Source: Candidatus Parcubacteria bacterium
Lineage (GTDB): Bacteria; Patescibacteriota; Minisyncoccia; Phycocordibacterales; UBA918
NCBI GenBank assembly: GCA_039799085.1
Contig: JBDLTL010000003.1
Span: 1 to 54,345 of the forward strand
Length of the DNA: 54,345 nucleotides
Reading direction: 5' to 3'
In this document: piece by piece, positions 46,561-54,345 of the stretch
Layout: the number at the start of each line of letters is the position of its first letter
Numbering within the stretch: position 1 is the first letter of the stretch
Made by a program: the position numbers and the translations under genes
The notes under the pieces: generated by a model
The model's input: the letters and a program-made list of their open reading frames with translations, nothing else
The model's database searches: none
What the model was told of the DNA's origin: nothing

Positions 46561-46884
46561 CTACGCAGTTTTCTTCATTCGTCCAATGAGTGCTTCTATC
46601 TCTAGCCCTGCCTCATGTTTGGTGAGCGTACTAAAGGAGGGCTTTACGTGCACAATATAGACACCGCCAATTGCTCTAAGTGTTTGGAGTCTTGCATAAA
46701 TTCGACGACGAATCTTATTTCGCGTAACAGCTAACTTGGAAACTTTCTTACTTACCACCACCGAGCCATGGAAGGTGGGGTGGGGGACATAGACGAGAGT
46801 GAGGTGGGTAGAGTGAAACCGCCGTCCCGTCTTAAAGAACTGGAGGAAATCTGCTCGAGCTACGCGCTCACTTTTTTTCAACAT
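46561..46884 (-). CDS. rnpA: ribonuclease P protein component
   Basis: VSKKV...AV.RNKIRRR (RNR motif). Confidence 0.94.
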   Translation of the reverse strand: MLKKSERVARADFLQFFKTGRRFHSTHLTLVYVPHPTFHGSVVVSKKVSKLAVTRNKIRRRIYARLQTLRAIGGVYIVHVKPSFSTLTKHEAGLEIEALIGRMKKTA

Positions 46885-46909
46885 AGAAGTATTATAACGA
46901 AAAAAAGCT

Positions 46910-47059
46910 CTAGCGAGCCTTTTTTACAGTGAGCTGTGCGCGTCCTTTGCGACGGCGAGCCTGGATGATTTTCTTTCCAGAAGTGGTTGCAGTACGAACC
47001 AAAAACCCGTGAGTGGTGGCTCGCTTGCGCTTACTTGGTTGATAGGTTCGTTTTGACAT
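46910..47059 (-). CDS. rpmH: 50S ribosomal protein L34 (not in the ORF track)
   Basis: hand translation [49 protein letters not shown]. Confidence 0.96.
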   Translation of the reverse strand: MSKRTYQPSKRKRATTHGFLVRTATTSGKKIIQARRRKGRAQLTVKKAR

Positions 47060-47109
47060 AAGTGGCACTACTATACATGAACTCAAAAATATTTCAATAG
47101 CACCCGAAG

Positions 47110-47211
47110 TTATGCACCATTATGCACAGGTTGTTCACAGTTGCGTTTTTTGAATCAAAAATGACTCTTCGTTTTGCACCTATTTTAAAGAAAATTTTAC
47201 ACTTTTCCACA
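47110..47211. promoter_or_regulatory. DnaA-box cluster upstream of dnaA
   Basis: TTATGCACC 47110, TTATGCACA 47120, TTGTTCACA 47131, TTTTCCACA 47203. Confidence 0.8.
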
Positions 47212-47258
47212 CCCGGGTATAATTCTTGGTACATCTTATTTCGGTGTTCTTGAATCCT

Positions 47259-48641
47259 ATGAATCTGGTATCACACAGTACTCAAAATCGTATTGTCCAA
47301 ACAAAACAAATCGACGTTAAACAGTTATGGGATGATGCTCTCGTCAAAATCGAGCTCTCAATCACCGCAGCCAACTTCAAAACCTGGTTTCGAGATACCC
47401 ACATCGTCTCAATTGAAGATGGTACCGCCACTATTGGTGTCCCGAGTGTCTTCGTGAAAGACTGGCTCCAAGACAAGTTCCAGACCATGATCCTAAAGAC
47501 GCTTCGTGACCTCACACCACACATCAGAAGTATTGAGTACGTCGTCGTACAGCGTAACGAAAAGAAGCAGGAGGCCAACAAGAACCAAACTATCAACGCC
47601 GCCCTTCCTCTTGAGGACTACTACGTCAACAAGAGTGACAACCTTAATCCGAAGTACTCGTTTGAGAACTTCGTGGTCGGTCCATACAACGCCCTTGCTC
47701 ATGCCGCTTCAAAGACAGTGAGTGAAAAGCCTGGTATCACCTACAATCCACTCTTCATCTACGGAAAAACTGGTCATGGTAAGACTCACCTTATCCAAGC
47801 AGTAGGGAACCAGGTCAAGAAGACTGGAAAGAAAGTCTTCTATGTTACCAGTGAACGCTTCGCGGTTGATTACATGAACTCACTTCAGAGTGGTACTGCT
47901 AACAGTTTTAAAGATAAGTATCGACAGTACGATGTTCTTATTATGGACGATGTGCAGTTCTTGGCCACAAAGGAGAAGACACAAGAGGAACTCTTCCACC
48001 TCTTTAATGCTCTTCACGACAACAATAAGCAGATTGTTTTCTCAAGTGACATTCACCCAGCGCTTCTTGGTGGACTTGAGGAACGTCTTCAGTCTCGTTT
48101 CCAACAAGGAATGATTGTTGATCTTCCAGCTCCTGACCTTGAATCACGCATTGCTATCCTCAAAGCAAAAGCGGCTCAAAACAGCATCGTTCTCTATGAC
48201 GATGTGGTTGAGTACCTGGCTCAGAACATTGAAGGTAATGTGCGCGAACTTGAAGGTGCCCTCAACACCATTATGTGTCAGTCACAACTTCTCGGTCGCA
48301 CCCTTTCCGTCGAAGAAGTCCGCCTTATTATCAAAAACAGCTCACGTCCGCGAAAAACCCTCGCCATCTCTGATGTTGTTGATAAGATTGCTCGCTACTA
48401 CGACATTGAACCAGCGAGTATTTATGAAAAGACAAGACGTAAGGAGGTAGTGAAACCACGTCAAATCATCATGTATATTCTTCGTGAAGATTTTCAAATC
48501 TCATACCCAGCCATCGGTAAGAAGCTTGGTGGACGAGACCACACCACCGTTATTCACTCATGTGAAAAAATAAAAGAAGAGTTAAAGAAGGGAGGGGAAT
48601 TGGAAGAAGAAATCACCCAGGTAAGAATGTTGCTGAAATAA
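47259..48641 (+). CDS. dnaA: chromosomal replication initiator DnaA
   Basis: YNPLFIYGKTGHGKTHL, DDVQF, QEELFHLFN, GGRDHTTV; start moved to MNLVS. Confidence 0.98.
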   Translation: MNLVSHSTQNRIVQTKQIDVKQLWDDALVKIELSITAANFKTWFRDTHIVSIEDGTATIGVPSVFVKDWLQDKFQTMILKTLRDLTPHIRSIEYVVVQRNEKKQEANKNQTINAALPLEDYYVNKSDNLNPKYSFENFVVGPYNALAHAASKTVSEKPGITYNPLFIYGKTGHGKTHLIQAVGNQVKKTGKKVFYVTSERFAVDYMNSLQSGTANSFKDKYRQYDVLIMDDVQFLATKEKTQEELFHLFNALHDNNKQIVFSSDIHPALLGGLEERLQSRFQQGMIVDLPAPDLESRIAILKAKAAQNSIVLYDDVVEYLAQNIEGNVRELEGALNTIMCQSQLLGRTLSVEEVRLIIKNSSRPRKTLAISDVVDKIARYYDIEPASIYEKTRRKEVVKPRQIIMYILREDFQISYPAIGKKLGGRDHTTVIHSCEKIKEELKKGGELEEEITQVRMLLK

Positions 48642-48963
48642 AAAATGAGCCGTACGGCTCATTTTTTATTTATCCACAAAAGGTATGGATAAGTCATTTG
48701 TATTGCTGTGAATTAAAGAAATTATGTTATGTAAAAGTCCGTGGATAGGTGAAAAATTCTGGGGGTAGTAGTAAAGTTTTCCCCACAAAAATAACGACCC
48801 TCGCACTATTCCCACCCTAATTAACACCCGGTACGCACCTTTACCACAGACATGCTGTCTATCTGTGCACAATTCTGACCTTAAAGTACAACATGAATTG
48901 GGCTTTTGCACACTTCCACAGGACTAATAATAAAGACTAAAATGGTGTATAAATAGAAAATCT
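48642..48963. other. oriC: probable oriC (dnaA-dnaN intergenic)
   Basis: TTATCCACA 48670, TATGGATAA, TTTACCACA, TGTGCACAA and other boxes; trio-like TAATAATAA AT-rich end; + strand changes from C-rich to G-rich here. Confidence 0.8.
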
Positions 48964-50058
48964 ATGGAAGTTATTGTTCCCTACACTGAACTTAGTAAAG
49001 CGCTTGAAATTGTTGGTCGAGTAAGTAGCAAAAATCTTACCTTGCCAGTTCTTCAGTGTGTTCGGATTGAAGCGAGAGGAGAAGAATTGGTTCTCGAAGC
49101 CACCAATCTTGAAATTAGTATTTCAGTTCCAATTAAAGGAACTGTCGTAGAAGAGGGGGTTGTTGCCGTGCCTTCACAGACACTTCTACAAAGTATCCAG
49201 TTTATTTCACAGAAGGAGGTTACTCTTCGGGTGGAGGAGGGGGTGCTGCAACTAGAAACAACGAATTCAAATACTTCAATCAAAACATTTCCAACTGATG
49301 AATTTCCGATTATTCATCATGTGATTGGAGAGGAGATTACCATTAATGCGAGTACATTTGCGTACGGTATCAAGAGTGTTGCTTTTGCTGCGTCGGTAAC
49401 TTCGATTAAACCTGAACTCGGAAGTGTGTTTGTTCAACAGAAGCAGGAGCATACACTCACCTTTGTGGCGACAGACTCATTCCGTCTTATGGAAAAGACA
49501 GTGTCTCAAAAAGGGATTGTGCTCGATCAATCATTTATGATTCCCCACAAGAATGCACTTGAGATTGCTCGTGTGTGTGACATGGTTGAGGAAGATGCCA
49601 AAATGATTGTGACTGAAAATCAGTGTGCCCTCATGTTTCCGTCAGGCGTGTACATTTCTTCAAGACTGGTGACAGGTAGTTTTCCTGACTACGTACAAAT
49701 TATTCCCAAAGAGTTTGTGTCACATGTGGTAGTGCTTAAGGAGGATTTACTTCGCTCATTTAAAAAGACCAACATTTTCTTAAATAAATTCCGCCAAGTG
49801 TCACTTACTATTACTGATAGTAATCTTACAGTAGCTTCAAACAATAATGAGGTGGGACACACTACTGACACTATTCGTGCTGACGTAGAAGGGCAGGAGC
49901 TTACACTCAACTTCAATCAGCAGTACGTGATGGATCCACTTCAGTATATCCAAGACGATTCTGTGAAACTTAGTTTTGCTGGGATTGGACGTGCGGTCAT
50001 TATGCAGGGTGTTAGTGATAAGTCGCTTCGATATCTTGTAATGCCAATGAATAAGTAA
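48964..50058 (+). CDS. dnaN: DNA polymerase III beta clamp
   Basis: ATNLEI, VATDSFRL, G.FPDY..IIP, YLVMPM. Confidence 0.97.
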   Translation: MEVIVPYTELSKALEIVGRVSSKNLTLPVLQCVRIEARGEELVLEATNLEISISVPIKGTVVEEGVVAVPSQTLLQSIQFISQKEVTLRVEEGVLQLETTNSNTSIKTFPTDEFPIIHHVIGEEITINASTFAYGIKSVAFAASVTSIKPELGSVFVQQKQEHTLTFVATDSFRLMEKTVSQKGIVLDQSFMIPHKNALEIARVCDMVEEDAKMIVTENQCALMFPSGVYISSRLVTGSFPDYVQIIPKEFVSHVVVLKEDLLRSFKKTNIFLNKFRQVSLTITDSNLTVASNNNEVGHTTDTIRADVEGQELTLNFNQQYVMDPLQYIQDDSVKLSFAGIGRAVIMQGVSDKSLRYLVMPMNK

Positions 50059-50059
50059 C

Positions 50060-50356
50060 ATGAAGAAGAAAGACCCTAGTGAAAACAAAGAACAGCTAGG
50101 GCGCCTCCTGGAGCGCTACAAGGTGTTTTTAAAGCCACCACAAGCTTCGGTGGAAAAGGAGTGCTTACAGGTCATTTCTGAGGTAACAGGGATTATGCTT
50201 CGAAGTGACCAGGTGTCATATACAGTTGCTACAAAGACGTTATACATAAAAGCCCCGAGCTTATTGCGTTCGGAGCTTTTACTTAGGCGTGTGGAGCTTC
50301 TGGAGGCTTTTAAGGGGCGCTTAGGGGGAGGTTCTGCGCCTTCAAGTATTCTCTAG
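50060..50356 (+). CDS. DciA/DUF721-like protein
   Basis: TLYIKAPS..RSEL...R.ELL pattern; position after dnaN. Confidence 0.55.
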   Translation: MKKKDPSENKEQLGRLLERYKVFLKPPQASVEKECLQVISEVTGIMLRSDQVSYTVATKTLYIKAPSLLRSELLLRRVELLEAFKGRLGGGSAPSSIL

Positions 50357-52602
50357 TTTCTGTCTGTTTCAGGAGTTTCGTCATCTCTGTTGTTGCGACG
50401 AGATGATCGTGGCTCTTCTTCAGTTGAGCTGGCGGTAGTGCTGGTTGCGTATGTACCAAACGTTTGCTCTTTCCATTGTTGGACACCGTATTCCCAGTAT
50501 TTATACTGACCGTCGCTTGAAGGGTTGCTGGGGTATGGTCCCCGAGGGTCGTTTCGGTCCACGTAGTGAAGGATTGTGTGGATGTTGTTGTAAATGTCTT
50601 GGAACTGTAATTTACTTTCCTCACTACTACTTGCTGCTGTTTGGATTAAGAGGCTGGCATCTACATAGTTTCCAGCAAGGACGGGTTTTACGTCAGTTGG
50701 TATATAAGGTTGAGTAAAGCTCTCTTTCTCTTTTTTGGTAAGTGCGATATCCATAAACTCTCTCCACATTGGGGTTGTGATAAGTCCTGAGAGTCCGCGC
50801 ATTGGGGTGTTGTCGTTGTTGCCACACCAGGCACCTACAGCAATAGTTGGCGAGTATCCCATAATCCACGCATCGCGGAAGTTGTTGGTACTACCTGATT
50901 TTGCAGCTACATCGTAGTCGTTAAACTTAAGAAGATTATTCGCTCCCCATAATGGAGTGCGAGCGACATTGTCTGAGAGTACATCACTTATCATGTTGGT
51001 GACATTTTCATCAAGGATGCGCTCTTCTTTTACTTGTGTTTCTTCAATAATATTTCCCTGAGTATCTTCTATACGAAGAATGGTGCGTGGTTCAGCACGG
51101 ACACCTTTGTTTGCGAATACACCATACGCGTATGTCATATCAAGAAGTTTTACTTCGCCACCTCCAAGTACGAGCGTAAGTCCGTATCGGTCAGGATTAC
51201 CAAGGGTCGTGATACCCATATCAGCTGCAAGCTTAAGGGCGTCGTGGATACCTACCAAGTAAAGAGTCTTAACGGCTGGGATATTCATCGACTGCGCGAG
51301 CGCGTTGCGCATACTGACTGGCCCTGAGGTTTGATTGTTATGGTTATTTGGTGAGTAGCACGGTAGGTCATTACTCATGTCCCACGGTTCACAGTTGGTC
51401 GAGAACTGTGTCTTTACATCAAATAGGGTGGTTGTAGGGAGGTACCCTTCCTTGAAGGCTTGAGCGTAGATAAACGGCTTAATAGAAGAGCCTGGCTGGC
51501 GGTTGGCGAGGGTGAGGTTAAAGTTTCCATCTACTTCTTCATTGAAGTAGTCACGTGAACCAACCATCACAAGGAGGTCACCCGTCTTTGGGTCCGTGGC
51601 TACAAGTCCGGCGTTGTCAGCGCTAAATTTTTCGGTGTTAATTGCCGCTTTTTCAGCTACGATTCGCTCAGCTTCTTTTTGGAGCTCCCAATCAAGAGTT
51701 GTGACCACCTTGAGTCCACGTTCAGCGAGAGCTTCTTCACCATATTTCTCGGCCAAGATTTCGCGGATGTACATCACAAAGTGTGGGGCTTTGATACCAC
51801 TGACAAGCTGGGGCTCAAACTCAACCACTTCGTTTTTGGCAGCTTCATATTCTTCAACGGTGATGTAGCCATTCTCACGCATTTTTTCAATGACGAGCTT
51901 TTGGCGAGCGTCGAGGTCAGCTCGATTGTTTCCGTATGGAGAGAGGTAGGTGGGTGCTTGGGGAATAGCGGCGAGGTAAGCAGCCTCACCAATGGTGAGG
52001 TCTTTGGCGGAGGTATTAAAGAAAGCTTTGGCTGCTTCTTCAACACCGTAGATGGTGCCACCGTATGGGGATTCATTGAGGTAAATTTCAAGAATCTCAT
52101 CCTTTGTCTTTAGCTGCTCGAGCTTGAGAGCAAGAATTGCTTCCTTTGCTTTACGGGTAAATGTCTTTTCTCGTTGGAGAACTGAGTTTTTGATTACCTG
52201 CTGGGTGATGGTGGAGCCTCCTTGGCCAAGCCCACCTTCTTGGACGTTTGAGATGGCGGCACGAAGAATCGCTTTCACATCAATACCCATGTGACTGTAG
52301 AACTGGTCGTCTTCGATAGCGACCGTAGCTTCTTTTACATGTTCTGAGATTTGGTCGAAGGGAACAACAGTACGCCTCACATCTTGGTGAAGGTCGTAGA
52401 GCATTACTTCACCCGTGCGATCGTAGATTTTTGTTGATTGGAGTACACGACGTTCTTCAAAAGAAGAAAGGTCAGGTATTTCAAGGGTGGCGAGCCAAAT
52501 AATAATCGCTGCCATTACTAATATAAGGCCAGCAAAACCAAAGATAAGTACGTCGATTACTATCTCTTTGCGGCCTCTTTTAAAGGTGAAACGCTTTTTC
52601 AT
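50353..52602 (-). CDS. class A penicillin-binding protein (PBP1A family)
   Basis: TGase motifs ED..FY.H.G, GGSTITQQ, RK..E, YLN; TPase motifs SSIK, SMN, KSG. Confidence 0.95.
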   Translation of the reverse strand: MKKRFTFKRGRKEIVIDVLIFGFAGLILVMAAIIIWLATLEIPDLSSFEERRVLQSTKIYDRTGEVMLYDLHQDVRRTVVPFDQISEHVKEATVAIEDDQFYSHMGIDVKAILRAAISNVQEGGLGQGGSTITQQVIKNSVLQREKTFTRKAKEAILALKLEQLKTKDEILEIYLNESPYGGTIYGVEEAAKAFFNTSAKDLTIGEAAYLAAIPQAPTYLSPYGNNRADLDARQKLVIEKMRENGYITVEEYEAAKNEVVEFEPQLVSGIKAPHFVMYIREILAEKYGEEALAERGLKVVTTLDWELQKEAERIVAEKAAINTEKFSADNAGLVATDPKTGDLLVMVGSRDYFNEEVDGNFNLTLANRQPGSSIKPFIYAQAFKEGYLPTTTLFDVKTQFSTNCEPWDMSNDLPCYSPNNHNNQTSGPVSMRNALAQSMNIPAVKTLYLVGIHDALKLAADMGITTLGNPDRYGLTLVLGGGEVKLLDMTYAYGVFANKGVRAEPRTILRIEDTQGNIIEETQVKEERILDENVTNMISDVLSDNVARTPLWGANNLLKFNDYDVAAKSGSTNNFRDAWIMGYSPTIAVGAWCGNNDNTPMRGLSGLITTPMWREFMDIALTKKEKESFTQPYIPTDVKPVLAGNYVDASLLIQTAASSSEESKLQFQDIYNNIHTILHYVDRNDPRGPYPSNPSSDGQYKYWEYGVQQWKEQTFGTYATSTTASSTEEEPRSSRRNNRDDETPETDRN

Positions 52603-52678
52603 ACAGTTCTTATACAGCCAATACTAGCATGAGTTGTCTAGACAAAATAATACGATTATGTGCTAAAGTTATTTCACT

Positions 52679-53917
52679 ATGAGTTTGAGTAAAGAGCTTG
52701 AAAATAGGGGTTTTATTCACCAGTGTTCAGCTGAAAGTCTTGCCGAAGTGCTCGACGGGCCGAAGCGAACCATCTATCACGGAGTGGACCCAAGTGCAGA
52801 TTCGATTCAGGCCGGAAACTTCGCTTCCTGGATGCTTTTGAGTCGCCTGGTAAAGTCGGGACACAAGGTAATTCTTCTTATTGGTGGAGGTACTGGGATG
52901 ATTGGGGACCCTAAGCCTGATGTGGAACGACCTCTTACTCCGCCGGAGGTTGTCGCAGAGAGGGTTGAGAAGCTTAGGGTACAAGCAAAGCGCCTTTTGG
53001 GTGAGGAGGTAATATTTGTAAATAATCACGATTGGCTCGGCTCATTGAAACTTATCGACTTCCTTCGTGACATCGGGAAACATTTCACTGTTAATGAATT
53101 GATTAAGAAAGACGCGATTGCAACTCGCCTCAAAAGTGATAATGGTATTTCATACACCGAGTTTGCATACCCACTACTTCAAGGGTACGACTTTCTTGAG
53201 CTCCACCGCACCTACGGATGTGACGTACAGGTGGGAGGGTCTGATCAGTGGGGCAATATCATTGCAGGAGTAGATTTGGTTCGTAAGAAGGAGCAGAAGA
53301 CTGTCTATGCCATTACCATCCCACTCATTATCGACAAAACGACAGGGAAGAAGTTTGGAAAGAGCGAAGGTAACTCCGTTTGGCTTGATGGAGAGAAAAC
53401 ATCTCCATTTGCTTTCTATCAATTCTGGCTCAATGTGGCAGATGAGAATGTGGTTGATTACCTAAAAATCTACACCTTCCTTTCTCTTGAAGAGATTGCT
53501 GTATTAGAGGAGGAGCTTAAGACAAATCCCGGGGCCCGAAAGGCTCAGCGGGTGTTGGCAAGCAAAATTACGGCGACAGTACATGGTAGTGAAACTGCTA
53601 AAACAGTTGCTAATGTCTCAGACGTTATCTTTGGAAGTCGTACTCTTCATGAAATGGAGAAGGGTGAGCGAGAAATTTTGGTACGTAACGCACCTACCAG
53701 TAAAGTGACGCTAGGGACTTCTATTGTGGATGTTCTTGTAGAGACTGGGCTGGCTTCAAGCAAGCGAGAGGCACGAACATTTGTTGAGAGCGGGGCTGTC
53801 TCGGTGAACGCTCTTAAGTGTATTGAGGCTAGCGATGTGCTTGAAGAGAGGATGTTTACTGACGGACTTGCGGTTCTGCGTCGAGGAAAGAAGCAGGTGC
53901 ATATCTTGGAGATGTAA
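52679..53917 (+). CDS. tyrS: tyrosine--tRNA ligase
   Basis: G.DPSA, IGDP, YPLLQGYD, GGSDQWGN, KFGKS, C-terminal S4 domain. Confidence 0.96.
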   Translation: MSLSKELENRGFIHQCSAESLAEVLDGPKRTIYHGVDPSADSIQAGNFASWMLLSRLVKSGHKVILLIGGGTGMIGDPKPDVERPLTPPEVVAERVEKLRVQAKRLLGEEVIFVNNHDWLGSLKLIDFLRDIGKHFTVNELIKKDAIATRLKSDNGISYTEFAYPLLQGYDFLELHRTYGCDVQVGGSDQWGNIIAGVDLVRKKEQKTVYAITIPLIIDKTTGKKFGKSEGNSVWLDGEKTSPFAFYQFWLNVADENVVDYLKIYTFLSLEEIAVLEEELKTNPGARKAQRVLASKITATVHGSETAKTVANVSDVIFGSRTLHEMEKGEREILVRNAPTSKVTLGTSIVDVLVETGLASSKREARTFVESGAVSVNALKCIEASDVLEERMFTDGLAVLRRGKKQVHILEM

Positions 53918-53959
53918 GAATCAAAAAACTGCTTCCAAATGGAAGCAGTTTTTTGATTC

Positions 53960-54241
53960 TTACATCTCATCCACATCGTCGAAGCTGTCGTAGTCGACGT
54001 CTTCTGCGTCGTCCTCGAGACTTTCGTCGCTATCTAAGTCTTCCTCGTCTTCCTCATCTTCTTCCTCACCTGCTTTGTCTTCTTCAAGGAGGCCAAAACC
54101 TTCCATGTCGTCTTCAAGAGCATCTTCATCATCGCCTACTTCATCAAGTAGATCGTCGTCGAGTGATGCAGAATCTTCGTCCCCATCCACTTCTTCATCC
54201 TCTACGAATTCATTATCCTCGTCATCTCTAAGAAAAATCAT
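53960..54241 (-). CDS. very acidic low-complexity protein
   Basis: 93 aa with about 53 Asp/Glu; shares a terminator hairpin (about 53922-53955) with tyrS. Confidence 0.65.
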   Translation of the reverse strand: MIFLRDDEDNEFVEDEEVDGDEDSASLDDDLLDEVGDDEDALEDDMEGFGLLEEDKAGEEEDEEDEEDLDSDESLEDDAEDVDYDSFDDVDEM

Positions 54242-54345
54242 ACTTATTGTTTTACGATTTGTTTATAACAAAGAAACTCTACTATTCCAAGTGGCGATGT
54301 TTCTTTCGGGGGATTTTACTAGGTGTCGTCAAAACCCGCAAGTGT

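Noticed and set aside
1-54345. Alternative genetic code (TGA=Gly as in Gracilibacteria/SR1)
   Set aside because: Conserved genes are full length under code 11, and several end at TGA at the expected positions.

Overview
Chromosomal segment of a small-genome bacterium, most likely Patescibacteria/CPR of the Parcubacteria type. This placement is inferred from gene content and order, not from a database search. TGA is used as a stop, so the genetic code is standard. The window spans the replication origin (yidC-rnpA-rpmH | dnaA-oriC-dnaN-DciA-like), and the GC skew visibly switches there. It holds housekeeping genes (cca, xth, rpsO-NYN-pnp, xerC, pcrA, rsmA, PBP1A, tyrS), four tRNAs, competence-related comM and yraN, and a roughly 12 kb PrgI/VirB4/VirB6/pilin T4SS-like operon with no relaxase or VirD4 in the window. 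The most unusual signals are non-coding. (1) Nine parS-like palindromes are packed into and around yraN, four of them written into its protein sequence. (2) Two tRNAs (Gly-GCC, Arg-TCG) each carry a 146-174 bp tail with the same architecture: terminator, antisense copy of the tRNA 3' end, branched hairpins, then a duplicate of the tRNA 3' end starting exactly at the T-loop C. One of these tRNAs abuts an HTH/LAGLIDADG-like gene. (3) A roughly 360 nt candidate ncRNA carries repeated CAUA hairpins and shares a TAAAGGACA operator-like motif with the yraN promoter. (4) Many genes appear leaderless. All calls were made by eye from the sequence and the ORF track.
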